Source: a virus (Duplodnaviria > Caudoviricetes). From it: a stretch of DNA of 38,939 nucleotides. The stretch lies in IMG/VR virus record IMGVR_UViG_3300037483_000543, positions 1-38,939 of that record; one strand, written 5' to 3'. Of this stretch, positions 9,720 through 18,481 are shown in pieces (positions within the stretch are counted from its first letter, which is position 1; each line of letters opens with the position of its first letter). Under the pieces are notes generated by a model, which did not search any database, was not told the origin of the DNA, and saw only the letters and a list, made by a program, of their open reading frames with translations. The position numbers were made by a program, and so were the translations under genes.

Positions 9720-10003
9720 TTTGAAGTTTTTTCATCTTGTTTCCGGTAATACAATTTTATAATATTTTCCATAATTGGCATTTCCTGAATTAATGATAAG
9801 CGGACTTCGTCAAGATACATCATGACAATATCATCGTTATCGGTTTCCAGTTGCATCGGAAGAGTTTCATTTATTTCATCCATCCATTCCATGAAGCCCA
9901 TTAACAAAGTAAAATCTAATTCATATTGATTTATACAAAAATCCTTTGCAAAAACCGGACCAAAACCATTAAGCATTAATTCATTAAGTTTCTCATTATC
10001 CAT
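9716..10003 (-). CDS. Hypothetical protein
   Basis: Coupled ORF with AGGGG RBS. Confidence 0.6.
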   Translation of the reverse strand: MDNEKLNELMLNGFGPVFAKDFCINQYELDFTLLMGFMEWMDEINETLPMQLETDNDDIVMMYLDEVRLSLIQEMPIMENIIKLYYRKQDEKTSK

Positions 10004-10181
10004 TATTTAACCCCTTTATTTTATAGTGTACAATCCGCATTCCGTGAATGTCGGTCGTGTATGGTTGGCATTTGCATTTCCTGTCTTTTGTATGTAATTG
10101 AATTTCGCCTTTTGGAAATACATGCACTGGATCCCGATTAAAGAAAATATCCAACAGTCGATAGTAAAATCTTTCACTCAT
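9996..10181 (-). CDS. Hypothetical His/Cys-containing protein
   Basis: HVFP...H...CKCQP...IVH pattern. Confidence 0.6.
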   Translation of the reverse strand: MSERFYYRLLDIFFNRDPVHVFPKGEIQLHTKDRKCKCQPYTTDIHGMRIVHYKIKGLNNG

Positions 10182-10182
10182 T

Positions 10183-10419
10183 TTATAAAATCAATCTTGC
10201 TGGAAGGCTGAAAATATCGGGAGTCGGTACCCTTTGTTCCTTAAGTTCTTTTTCAAATTCTTTCAATCTTGTTTCTTTGTTGTCAACCGCAATCCTGGTA
10301 ATATAACAATGAACCTTTATCCCGCTTTCCGTTTCACCTTCCCAAATTCTCGCCGGAATTGCGGCGTCATTATTGACTAACTCTACTATTTTGTCGGTAC
10401 TTTCAATTGTAATTTTCAT
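10183..10419 (-). CDS. Hypothetical protein
   Basis: PARIWEGETESGI motif; operon position. Confidence 0.7.
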   Translation of the reverse strand: MKITIESTDKIVELVNNDAAIPARIWEGETESGIKVHCYITRIAVDNKETRLKEFEKELKEQRVPTPDIFSLPARLIL

Positions 10420-10436
10420 ATTAAGCCTTTGGTTTG

Positions 10437-11234
10437 TTAAAATAATTCGTCAAAAATCTTGTTTGAAGTCCTATCATGAATTTTCCTAATGACTTCATAA
10501 ATGATAAAAATTAATATCGGTTCCCTAAACCTTGAATATCCATGAATGTAAGTCACTGTAAGTGTGTAAAAAAATATCATTATAGTTATCATGTTTATTT
10601 CGGCTGTTCTTATATAGCATATTATAAGTATCGAATAAGGAATAAGTAATATATAATTCCAGCTTTCATCAATGTAACATAAAATGTTAAATTCCGGTTT
10701 CCACATACGCCAAAATTTATGCATTAAACCAGCATCCGCAAAAACTGTTTGATTATAGCTTATTGAATAAAATCCTGTGAATCCTAAAAACACAAAGGGA
10801 AGAAAAACCAAAAACCATTTTGATTTATAATGATATAACCAAAGAATTACGGCTATAAAAAAAAATAAAAGATTTTCTTTGAAATACGAAACCGAATTGA
10901 ATATCGAAACCGGATAAAAGCACCAAATCCAGCCAAGGATATTATTAACATTATACAAGATCAAAACGGTAATAACTGAAAGAAATATTTGTACAATTAA
11001 ATTTCTATCGGTTAAATAAAGGAATAAAATATGAATGGGTGCAAAATCATACCATTTCTTTTGTGTGAAATCCAAAGTCAAATCGTTCTGATCCAAGTTC
11101 GCCGATACTTCATAATATCTTTTAGCATCACTTATATTTAATTGATCTGCATATTGTAAAACGGAAAATCTCAAAACAAGCGATACTATTATTAAAACCA
11201 ATATCCGGGAAAGATTTGTATTCTTAACCAGCAT
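10437..11234 (-). CDS. Polytopic membrane protein resembling GT-C (ArnT/PMT-like) glycosyltransferases
   Basis: About 8 hydrophobic segments; first-loop SDAKRYYEVSANL, YP..IF......KENLLFFF and C-terminal RFREP. Confidence 0.55.
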   Translation of the reverse strand: MLVKNTNLSRILVLIIVSLVLRFSVLQYADQLNISDAKRYYEVSANLDQNDLTLDFTQKKWYDFAPIHILFLYLTDRNLIVQIFLSVITVLILYNVNNILGWIWCFYPVSIFNSVSYFKENLLFFFIAVILWLYHYKSKWFLVFLPFVFLGFTGFYSISYNQTVFADAGLMHKFWRMWKPEFNILCYIDESWNYILLIPYSILIICYIRTAEINMITIMIFFYTLTVTYIHGYSRFREPILIFIIYEVIRKIHDRTSNKIFDELF

Positions 11235-11475
11235 TTAATTTCTTTCCTTTAGCCGCAAACATCATTTGTATTAAAATATCCGGTGTGACTTTTAAGACAA
11301 AAGCTATTTGACATAATCTCCATACAGTAATTGAGTGCCTGCCCTGCTCTATATTCACAATTGACGTCCGGGAAATTCCTATGCGCTTGGCTAAATCAAA
11401 TTGGTTTAAATTGTTCACTTTTCGTAATTGTTTAATCCTGGAACCAAGTTCTTTATTTACCTGTTTTTTTGTCAT
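11224..11475 (-). CDS. XRE-family HTH transcriptional regulator
   Basis: LGSRIKQLRK..LNQFDLAKRIGISRTSIVNIEQG; probable start at ATG 11475. Confidence 0.88.
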   Translation of the reverse strand: MTKKQVNKELGSRIKQLRKVNNLNQFDLAKRIGISRTSIVNIEQGRHSITVWRLCQIAFVLKVTPDILIQMMFAAKGKKLNAG

Positions 11476-11586
11476 TTTTCTTTCACTGTTATTAAATATT
11501 TCAGATCCGGGGGAAGCTTTGTTATCAGCCAATAAAAAAATCGATATCTTATTTTCATTTCAATTTTCCTTTTTTTAGTTAAGAAA

Positions 11587-11877
11587 TTAATATTCAGTCG
11601 ATGCAAACAATCCGGGTTTGTTTTCTTCATTATCTAAAAAGAGTATTAACATTTCCCGGAATGAATATCTCCCGGCTTCGCAATAACTAGGCTTTTCATC
11701 CTGTGGAACTGTATAACAAAGAGTGTCTAATTGATCGTCGCTGAGTTCAAAAGCTTCATCGACATTGTCATCAATTTCCCCGCACAGTTCACAATAATTT
11801 TTTTTGGCTTCATCTAATGAATAGTCAAGCCAATAATCACAATCATTCATGCAATAAATTTTTAATTCCTTTTTCAT
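11587..11877 (-). CDS. Hypothetical acidic protein
   Basis: GAGGAA RBS; ends in FASTEY. Confidence 0.7.
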   Translation of the reverse strand: MKKELKIYCMNDCDYWLDYSLDEAKKNYCELCGEIDDNVDEAFELSDDQLDTLCYTVPQDEKPSYCEAGRYSFREMLILFLDNEENKPGLFASTEY

Positions 11878-11913
11878 ATTTCCTCTTTTTTAATGGACGG
11901 CAATAATTTCTAA

Positions 11914-12222
11914 TCAAAATTCATTGTTAATTCGCCTGATTTCAAACCATAAAAATGTGATTGAATATTTAAAAACGAATGAAACCCTTGAATGCGGCGG
12001 AAATTTTTTGAATTCAAAACCCAAATAATCGGGATAAAAGTTCTTAAATGTAAATAAAGGATGTTTTGAACCAAAGAGAATTTCAATCCAAGTTATGAGA
12101 ATAATATAAATTATTGCAAAGCTGAAAAGTGCAAAAATCCATTGTTTTTCATTTATTGCATAAATTAACTCCCATAACGCAAAAATTGTAATCAATGAAC
12201 TGAAGTAAATTAATCTTTTCAT
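11914..12222 (-). CDS. Hypothetical membrane protein (2 N-terminal TM segments)
   Basis: Hydrophobic N-terminal half; ATGA overlap. Confidence 0.6.
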   Translation of the reverse strand: MKRLIYFSSLITIFALWELIYAINEKQWIFALFSFAIIYIILITWIEILFGSKHPLFTFKNFYPDYLGFEFKKFPPHSRVSFVFKYSITFLWFEIRRINNEF

Positions 12223-12425
12223 TGTTTTCCCTTTGATTTAAAATATCTCCCGGCTTTGGACCGTTCGCCGTCGGTGTAACTTTCTGGATTACATAAGTTG
12301 AAGTTTGCTTTATATTCACGAATATAATCCGATTCGACATCATTGGAAACATAAAACCGTTTTTGTTCCGCCCCCGAAACTCTGACCGTTATGATGTTCA
12401 ACATTTTTATTATTGCTGTTTTCAT
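12219..12425 (-). CDS. Hypothetical protein
   Basis: ATGA overlaps on both sides. Confidence 0.6.
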   Translation of the reverse strand: MKTAIIKMLNIITVRVSGAEQKRFYVSNDVESDYIREYKANFNLCNPESYTDGERSKAGRYFKSKGKQ

Positions 12426-12556
12426 CGCTTTTCACTCCGAATAATTTTTCCGTTTTTGCTGGTTATAATTGTTTTCTTCAGCTTGCCCCGGAACTTTTCG
12501 GCTTCTTGAAAAATCTTGCTTCCCGGTTTCTTTTTGATAAGCTTATAAATTTTCAT
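12422..12556 (-). CDS. Highly basic 44-aa peptide (not in the ORF track)
   Basis: Hand translation MKIYKLIKKKPGSKIFQEAEKFRGKLKKTIITSKNGKIIRSEKR; fills the gap exactly, with AAGGA RBS and ATGA overlap. Confidence 0.55.
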   Translation of the reverse strand: MKIYKLIKKKPGSKIFQEAEKFRGKLKKTIITSKNGKIIRSEKR

Positions 12557-12557
12557 G

Positions 12558-12974
12558 TCACATTCCTTTTTTTATGAATTTTTTAATTTCATCCGCCGAA
12601 ATTGTCCCGCCCATTTCCGGCATGTTGGCAATAAATTGGAACTTAAAATCTTGATGAAGCTTTAACGCCGTTTCTTTATCCGTGAATTGTAATAAAGTAT
12701 TTAACGCAAGTTCCGCCGGTCCCGATCCTGCATATCCAAACTCCAAGCCGGTCGGCGAATGTAAAACAAGGTTATGTGAAATATTTGTAACTGCTCGACC
12801 GTTTTCACGTTTACAAATCAATCCATACTCAACCGGTGATAAATTTTTTATCGTTTCCGAACCTTCTTTTTGAAGAAAATCGGTTTTATTTCTTCCAAAA
12901 CAAATTGGTCCGATGCCGCGCTGGATAGAAACCGGATCCGTTAATGGTCGATGGCAAATACTACACCTTTCCAT
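12558..12974 (-). CDS. Zn-ribbon (DUF6011-like) plus DUF6166-like protein
   Basis: CSICHRPLTDPVSIQRGIGPIC and HSPTGLEFGYAGSGPAELAL motifs. Confidence 0.7.
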   Translation of the reverse strand: MERCSICHRPLTDPVSIQRGIGPICFGRNKTDFLQKEGSETIKNLSPVEYGLICKRENGRAVTNISHNLVLHSPTGLEFGYAGSGPAELALNTLLQFTDKETALKLHQDFKFQFIANMPEMGGTISADEIKKFIKKGM

Positions 12975-13170
12975 TTAGTCCCCCGTCTTTGATTCCTATG
13001 AAAGGTAGTAATTCCGGGTTTAAGGTTTTACGCCCGCCGTTATGCACTTTGCAAGCTTTGATTAAAATAGACTCGATATGTGCATCCAGGTGCAACAAGA
13101 AAGCCTTTGATACTCTTTTGTCATTTTGCTTTGCAGTTTTTTTGATGTTTGATACATTAAGATATTTCAT
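12961..13170 (-). CDS. Histone-fold protein (prokaryotic/phage histone-like)
   Basis: Short alpha1 (NVSNIKKTAK), L1 KRVS, long alpha2, L2 GRKTL, short alpha3. Confidence 0.7.
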   Translation of the reverse strand: MKYLNVSNIKKTAKQNDKRVSKAFLLHLDAHIESILIKACKVHNGGRKTLNPELLPFIGIKDGGLNGKV

Positions 13171-13188
13171 ATTCGCCCCGCTTGTTAG

Positions 13189-13422
13189 TTAATTTAATTT
13201 TCGCCTGAGTTCCCTTAAAATAATAGCTTTGGCTCTTTCGTCCGATTTAATACAAAGAATCAATAAGTCAAGTTGATCTTTTATAGAAATCTTTATTTTT
13301 TTCTTTGGCGGTATGACTTCGCCGTTTAGCTTTTGTAATAATTCACACCTGATTTGATCGTGAATTTGTGCCAGTGTCGGAATATAAGGCGGCGGCATTG
13401 AGTTACTTTTAACTGTTTTCAT
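13189..13422 (-). CDS. Hypothetical protein
   Basis: AAGGAA RBS before ATG 13422, which overlaps the end of the HTH gene. Confidence 0.6.
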   Translation of the reverse strand: MKTVKSNSMPPPYIPTLAQIHDQIRCELLQKLNGEVIPPKKKIKISIKDQLDLLILCIKSDERAKAIILRELRRKLN

Positions 13423-13621
13423 TTTGCTTTCCTTTGAATCTTTTGAGAATGTCAATAGTTAAAATCTTTGATTCGATTAGTTGTATGATAAATAATACAA
13501 GCGGGGAAGGTTTTGTTTTACCGTTTTCGATATCGGAAATTGTCGCTTTGCGTACATGTATCAATTCAGCCAATTCAGATTGACTGAGTTCAAGCCCATA
13601 CCGTATTTTTCTTAAGTTCAT
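13409..13621 (-). CDS. Cro/XRE-like HTH regulator
   Basis: LRKIR..LELSQSELAELIHVRKATISDIENGKTKPS. Confidence 0.88.
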   Translation of the reverse strand: MNLRKIRYGLELSQSELAELIHVRKATISDIENGKTKPSPLVLFIIQLIESKILTIDILKRFKGKQNENS

Positions 13622-13641
13622 AATTTTTTCCTTTCCCTGGT

Positions 13642-13670
13642 AATATACGTAACCGTAACTTTATGATCAA
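13642..13670 (-). promoter_or_regulatory. Putative promoter TTGATC-N17-TATATT with GTTACG direct repeat in the spacer
   Basis: 17-bp spacing; immediately upstream of the HTH gene RBS. Confidence 0.55.
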
Positions 13671-13781
13671 GAAAAAGTTATTTATATCCTGTGATAAAGA
13701 TCACATGTACAAGTTGTGTAAAATTTCCATGTTTTTCAATAACCGGATTGAGTGCATTTTTCATAATAGCCTTAACGGAAC

Positions 13782-13863
13782 TAAGCCGGTTTTAAGAGAT
13801 CTCGATATGGGTTGACATATTACACGTCTGGAAACGATCGTCCCTTAAAACGGCTTATTTTGC
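13782..13863. repeat. 82-bp imperfect palindromic element, copy B
   Basis: 60/82 identical (ungapped, hand count) to the reverse complement of 20189-20270. Confidence 0.85.
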
Positions 13864-13870
13864 TTCGTTT

Positions 13871-14059
13871 TTATTTTGTGTTTAATCCGGGTTCAAATTC
13901 GGTTATCTTCATATCCCTGAATTCCTGTTCGGTAATAACTTCAAAAAAAACGATCCCGGTTTCCTTTGCGAACTTTTTCGCTTGGTTTGAAGTTCCAAAT
14001 AAATCAACAAAGGGATGATTATCTTCACCGTAAATCAGATAATAAAATTCATTTTTCAT
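13871..14059 (-). CDS. Hypothetical protein
   Basis: AAGGAA RBS. Confidence 0.6.
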   Translation of the reverse strand: MKNEFYYLIYGEDNHPFVDLFGTSNQAKKFAKETGIVFFEVITEQEFRDMKITEFEPGLNTK

Positions 14060-14112
14060 TGCATTTCCTTTTTTCTTTTATAGTCGGTACATCAAAAAAT
14101 AACTTTAGTGAT

Positions 14113-15618
14113 CTAGCTCACATCTTCTTTTTCTGTGTTATCAAGTTCCTTTTCAATCAAGGTCGTATCTATCCCATAAATTTCATAAGCTATTGTCCTG
14201 AAATTTAAATTGTCAATGTCATTTTCCCTTGCCGAATGAACCTTTCCGATCAAGGACATTTCAATCAAAAGTGAAAAAAGTTCCATGAATGTTTTTTCTC
14301 TGTCTGAAGTTGTGTTTACCGCGTCAATAATATTGAAAAATGATTTGTCATAATCTTTGTATTGATATTCGCCCGATAGTTCAATTTCCCAATTATGCCG
14401 CTTAAATAAAATCGATCGGTAAATTGATTCGAGTCTGGAAAATGTATATTTGACTAAGTGTATCATTTCGTACAAACCAATATCATTCTTATCAGCATAG
14501 TCATTTACTATATTTGAAATTTCATCGAGAATGATGTTATTTACTTTGTTTCGCCTTTTCATTTTTTTTTGACTTTTCCGTTTTTTTTCAAGTTCCTTTT
14601 GATCATTAACTTTTCCGGTACCATAATCTTTATTCAGGCAAATAGTTACAACCTTTCCAATGTCTTTACCGTGCCGAATAATTGCTTTTTTCGGATTTAT
14701 TGCATCTGGATCATTTGCTTTCACGATTAAATATTCATTACTTGCTAACAAATCGCCGTTTTCTTTTTTTTCCTTATCTGTTAACCACGAATCCCCGGAA
14801 ACTTCCAGTATTTCAATACCCTTTTTAAGCCATTTGTCTTTTTTCAGCCGTATAGTTTCATCAATCTTGTCTTGAAAACATTTCCGGTCCAGGCATGTGT
14901 TTTTTGATTTTATATCATCAAACAATTCAAGATCGGATCCTGATCTTTTCGGGCAATCTACGCAAGCCGGTGCATTATCTGTGATTATTGTTTTCAGGGA
15001 AAAGGGTGCCCGATTTAAATCACGAATGATAAATTGATCGATATAATTTTGTATCGAATCTGAAGTTCGCGGCGTTCGCTGTTTTTCACATCCCATGTAT
15101 ACGAATAACTCTTTTTGATCTTCAACTGAACACCTTGAAATCAATAAGGCATGTTCAATTGCAATGAAATTATTCTTAAAGCTTTCTTTGAATTCAAGGG
15201 ACAGATCAATTAACTTCAGCCGCTTTTTGATGTACGCCAATGATTTTCCGGTTTTTTTCGAAATATCTTCAAGGTCGATATGTTCCCTGAGATTCGCAAA
15301 TCCGGCGGCTTCATCAAGCGGATGCAAATTATCTCGATTGATGTTTTCGATAAGCTGTATTTCTAAGACTTGCTGGTCGTTAAGATCACGTATATTGCAG
15401 GGCACTTCTTCGATCTTCAGCCTTTTGCAGGACCGGACGCGCCGTTCACCTGCTATTATTTCATATTTGCCTTTGAGTAAATGATCACGTACAACCAAAG
15501 GAACAATTACCCCATTTTCCTTAATTGATTGATCTAGTTCTTTGTCCTGCACCGGATCAAAAATTGTTCGCGGATTTGTTTTTGAATAAACGAGTTGAGA
15601 TATTTTAATCAATTCCAT
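14113..15618 (-). CDS. ParB/Spo0J-domain protein
   Basis: NPRT.F, IKENGVIVPLVVR, IIAGERR (GxRR), LIENINR.NL.P.DEA, HTH, then a CxxC...C...C region. Confidence 0.88.
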   Translation of the reverse strand: MELIKISQLVYSKTNPRTIFDPVQDKELDQSIKENGVIVPLVVRDHLLKGKYEIIAGERRVRSCKRLKIEEVPCNIRDLNDQQVLEIQLIENINRDNLHPLDEAAGFANLREHIDLEDISKKTGKSLAYIKKRLKLIDLSLEFKESFKNNFIAIEHALLISRCSVEDQKELFVYMGCEKQRTPRTSDSIQNYIDQFIIRDLNRAPFSLKTIITDNAPACVDCPKRSGSDLELFDDIKSKNTCLDRKCFQDKIDETIRLKKDKWLKKGIEILEVSGDSWLTDKEKKENGDLLASNEYLIVKANDPDAINPKKAIIRHGKDIGKVVTICLNKDYGTGKVNDQKELEKKRKSQKKMKRRNKVNNIILDEISNIVNDYADKNDIGLYEMIHLVKYTFSRLESIYRSILFKRHNWEIELSGEYQYKDYDKSFFNIIDAVNTTSDREKTFMELFSLLIEMSLIGKVHSARENDIDNLNFRTIAYEIYGIDTTLIEKELDNTEKEDVS

Positions 15619-15620
15619 GA

Positions 15621-15863
15621 TTATTTTTTCCTTTTTTTTGTTTGTGGTTTTGGTTTTCTATATTTGTTTCTGTCTGGACAATCTGCAAAATGATTTAACA
15701 TCCTATTTTTATCAAATGTGATGATTTGTCCATGATTAAACTTTTCCCAATCTTCAGCATTCATAAAGTCAATTGTAACCGGGATGTTTGATTTTTCTGA
15801 TTTGCAAAATATTATCGCTTTTCCGCAACTACATTTTTTCGCTTTCATAAGCTTCAACTCCAT
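15621..15863 (-). CDS. Small Zn-binding hypothetical protein
   Basis: CSCGKAIIF...HFADCP. Confidence 0.65.
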   Translation of the reverse strand: MELKLMKAKKCSCGKAIIFCKSEKSNIPVTIDFMNAEDWEKFNHGQIITFDKNRMLNHFADCPDRNKYRKPKPQTKKRKK

Positions 15864-15871
15864 TTCATTTT

Positions 15872-16300
15872 TTATGTGAAGTTTTTTCCCTTAAATAGTT
15901 TTTCAGCTTCATCTTGATAATGGATGATGATTGTCCACCAGGTAAAAAGATCTTTTTTATGTCCGCTTCTTTTTCTGCTTTCCAGCAAATCAATAACACT
16001 TTCACCGTGCTTTTTTATCAAAAATTCTTTGTACTTCACCTTGAAACCTTCTTTGAATCTATTACATCGCTTACATTGAAGGTTAACATTTATTTCATCA
16101 ATAAGTAAATCTTCCCGCCCGATGTAGTGCCCCGCATCACCTTTCAGAAAATATATATATTTGCCGCATGTACAACATTTTCCGTACCCTTCAGCGTCCG
16201 TATCCCTTAAACGTACAAATACAGAAAAATTATCCCATGCCTTTTTTTTAAACCATTGCAGGGATTTAGCCCTGTACTTATCATATTCATTGATTTTCAT
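15872..16300 (-). CDS. NinG/Rap-like recombination endonuclease
   Basis: FSVFVRLRD...CCTCG...DAGHYI...NVNLQCKRCN. Confidence 0.88.
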   Translation of the reverse strand: MKINEYDKYRAKSLQWFKKKAWDNFSVFVRLRDTDAEGYGKCCTCGKYIYFLKGDAGHYIGREDLLIDEINVNLQCKRCNRFKEGFKVKYKEFLIKKHGESVIDLLESRKRSGHKKDLFTWWTIIIHYQDEAEKLFKGKNFT

Positions 16301-16301
16301 T

Positions 16302-17123
16302 TTAGCCCGCCTTTTTCATTTTATAATAAATTTTACCTTCAATTTTTTCCGCCGGTAAGTTGAAATGTTCTGTAAATTGTTTTGAAACTCCATTAATATG
16401 TCCGTTTCGAATTGAAATAAAAATATGATGCTTAACGCAATATTCAATAACATCCGGTTCCGGCATTTTTTCCGGATTAATTATTCCGGTTGTGGAAAAG
16501 TTCTTATTACATAGTTTCCAATCCAGGAATGTATCAACATCTTTTGTAAGAAAATCCGCAAGTGTTTTTTTATAGCTGTAATAATGCTTATCCGAATTCA
16601 GGATTTTAGAATAGTTGTTTATTGATGTTTCGATTTCCTCTAATGAGTAATTTCTCAAGCTTTCATCAATAATCTTTTCAAGATAATATGAAATGATTCT
16701 ATGAACGATTATTTTTTTAGAATTCCAAAAATTGAAAACGTGTATATATACTGTATTATTAATTGTAATATTCTTATTATAGGGTAGGACATTTTTGTCC
16801 ATCCCCCTAGGACATTTTTGTCCTACCCCCTGGGACATTTTTGTCCTACCCCCCCCTGAGTTTTTTCCATCATCGATATAAATTTTTCTTGTATTTCTTT
16901 TGGAAACTTCAGACCTAATAAACCCCTGATCAATTAGCTGATTAATCCACCGTCTGATTGTTCTTCTGTCAAGCTTGTAGAGTTTCGCAAAGTACGCATT
17001 TGAAGCATAACAATACCCCAACTCATTACATAGTGCTGTAATTTCACCGTAAAGAAGTTTAGCACCTTCATTAACATTTGAATATCGAACATTTGCCGGA
17101 ATTATTGCGTAATAAGCTTTCAT
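16302..17123 (-). CDS. Phage replication initiator (N-terminal wHTH)
   Basis: YYAIIPANVRY...AKLLYGEI..L....GYCYASNAYFA; contains internal iterons. Confidence 0.85.
   Translation of the reverse strand: MKAYYAIIPANVRYSNVNEGAKLLYGEITALCNELGYCYASNAYFAKLYKLDRRTIRRWINQLIDQGFIRSEVSKRNTRKIYIDDGKNSGGGRTKMSQGVGQKCPRGMDKNVLPYNKNITINNTVYIHVFNFWNSKKIIVHRIISYYLEKIIDESLRNYSLEEIETSINNYSKILNSDKHYYSYKKTLADFLTKDVDTFLDWKLCNKNFSTTGIINPEKMPEPDVIEYCVKHHIFISIRNGHINGVSKQFTEHFNLPAEKIEGKIYYKMKKAG
16787..16846. repeat. Iterons / putative replication origin: 3 x GGACATTTTTGTCC with a 23-bp period
   Basis: Copies at 16787, 16810 and 16833, each a GGACA-N4-TGTCC inverted repeat; adjacent AT-rich tract 16741-16780; lambda-O-like position inside the initiator gene. 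Confidence 0.85.
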
Positions 17124-18400
17124 TTAACACCCTCTAAAACACTGTCAATTGATTGTTTAATTAATGGATTTTCAGGACCGCCAAATTCATCGATTATTGT
17201 TTTATAATCTTCGAGAAAATTGTTTATTTCCAAGGCTGTTAGGTTTTTTATGTGATCTGCCAAATCGAAAGGATTATCGAAAGATAGCTTTTCACCCGGT
17301 TTTTTTGCTTTCTGAATTTCAGCTTTGATTTTTTCTTTTGTGTTCCAAAAGGTTTTTTTCCTAAGACTTGGAATTCTAGTCCATATTCCTAGAAGCGCCT
17401 CATGTGTTTTCGCTGAAGAAAGAATCTTGTCATAATCAATCCAAGGTTGCGGCGGATTTTTCTTGATTATTCTTATAAATTTTTCAAGTTGACTCTTTTG
17501 CATTTTCGAAATATGCGCGTCCGGTTCTTTCAAGTTCATCATTTCTTGTATGTAGATATAGCATTGATCACGTGTTATTTTTGCATCTTTCGATTTCCAG
17601 TATGGATCTAATAAATCGTGAGCAGTCTCCCGCAATTCCTTAATGGTCATTGTGTTTTCTGTAGTGGTTTTTGTTTTGGTTTCCGTTTCTGTTTTTTGTT
17701 CCACGGATCCCGGATCATCATAAACAACATCGGGAGCCTCAATTTCATCGTAAAAAGAATTCGATGTTTTCAGCCGCCAAACATAAGAGCCTTTAACTTC
17801 CTTTCCATCTTTCCAATGTGTACCGGTCGAAGTTCTCCACACTTTGACAGCATATTCATTTTTCCATTTTTCAACATATTTCGGATCCCATGCCTCTTTC
17901 CCGATTCCAAGATCCTTACAGCATCTTACAATGCAATCCGATTTCATAGATTCGTGAACTGTAGCCCATGAAAAGTTAAAATTTGGCGCGCCGTTTGCTT
18001 TTTTTGAAAAAAAACTTGCTTCACCGATTGCCTTGGAAACAAAAAAACCCCGGATGTATAAAGATCCCTCTAAGTATGCTTTCCGGTGTGTTTCGTCTTT
18101 GATTGTATTATGTTCAATCAAAGCCCATTGACCGCGCCCAAAAGCTTTATTAAGTAAGTTCCTCACAAACACTTGAGGAAAATAAACAATGCCATCCGGT
18201 CGGATTGTCATTGTATCAGGGTCCACCGGTTCAGATAATATTTTATCTTCAGCCGGCTTAATTCTAAGAAGTGAAGCTTTTTGATATCGAACATCAATTA
18301 AAGATTGTCCGTTTTGTGGTTCGATAGTTTTGGCTTTTTCTGGTAAAGGTGTAGATGTGTTTTCTTTGTCGATCGTTGAGATCGCAGTTTCATTTTTCAT
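17120..18400 (-). CDS. Mgm101/Rad52-like ssDNA annealing protein with C-terminal extension (DUF3268-like segment)
   Basis: IRPDGIVYFPQ...LNKAFG.GQW, RCCKDLGI..E.WDP; later R..AH...DP.W...R...Y...HI motif. Confidence 0.8.
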   Translation of the reverse strand: MKNETAISTIDKENTSTPLPEKAKTIEPQNGQSLIDVRYQKASLLRIKPAEDKILSEPVDPDTMTIRPDGIVYFPQVFVRNLLNKAFGRGQWALIEHNTIKDETHRKAYLEGSLYIRGFFVSKAIGEASFFSKKANGAPNFNFSWATVHESMKSDCIVRCCKDLGIGKEAWDPKYVEKWKNEYAVKVWRTSTGTHWKDGKEVKGSYVWRLKTSNSFYDEIEAPDVVYDDPGSVEQKTETETKTKTTTENTMTIKELRETAHDLLDPYWKSKDAKITRDQCYIYIQEMMNLKEPDAHISKMQKSQLEKFIRIIKKNPPQPWIDYDKILSSAKTHEALLGIWTRIPSLRKKTFWNTKEKIKAEIQKAKKPGEKLSFDNPFDLADHIKNLTALEINNFLEDYKTIIDEFGGPENPLIKQSIDSVLEGVK

Positions 18401-18425
18401 TTTTTCGCCCCTTTGAAATGATATT

Positions 18426-18457
18426 CAAACATATAACTTTTAAGTATATTTTCCAAA
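18426..18457 (-). promoter_or_regulatory. Putative promoter TTTG-N20-TATGTTTG
   Basis: Fits the Bacteroidota-type consensus and also TTGGAA-N17-TATGTT. Confidence 0.55.
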
Positions 18458-18481
18458 TTTAAAAATAAACACACGAATTAA

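Noticed and set aside
13678-13764. 28-aa minus-strand ORF MKNALNPV...
   Set aside because: No convincing RBS and it lies in a regulatory intergenic region.
16787-16846. Palindromic 23-bp-period repeats as a mini-CRISPR
   Set aside because: Spacers are only 9 bp and the repeats are inside the initiator gene; iterons explain them.
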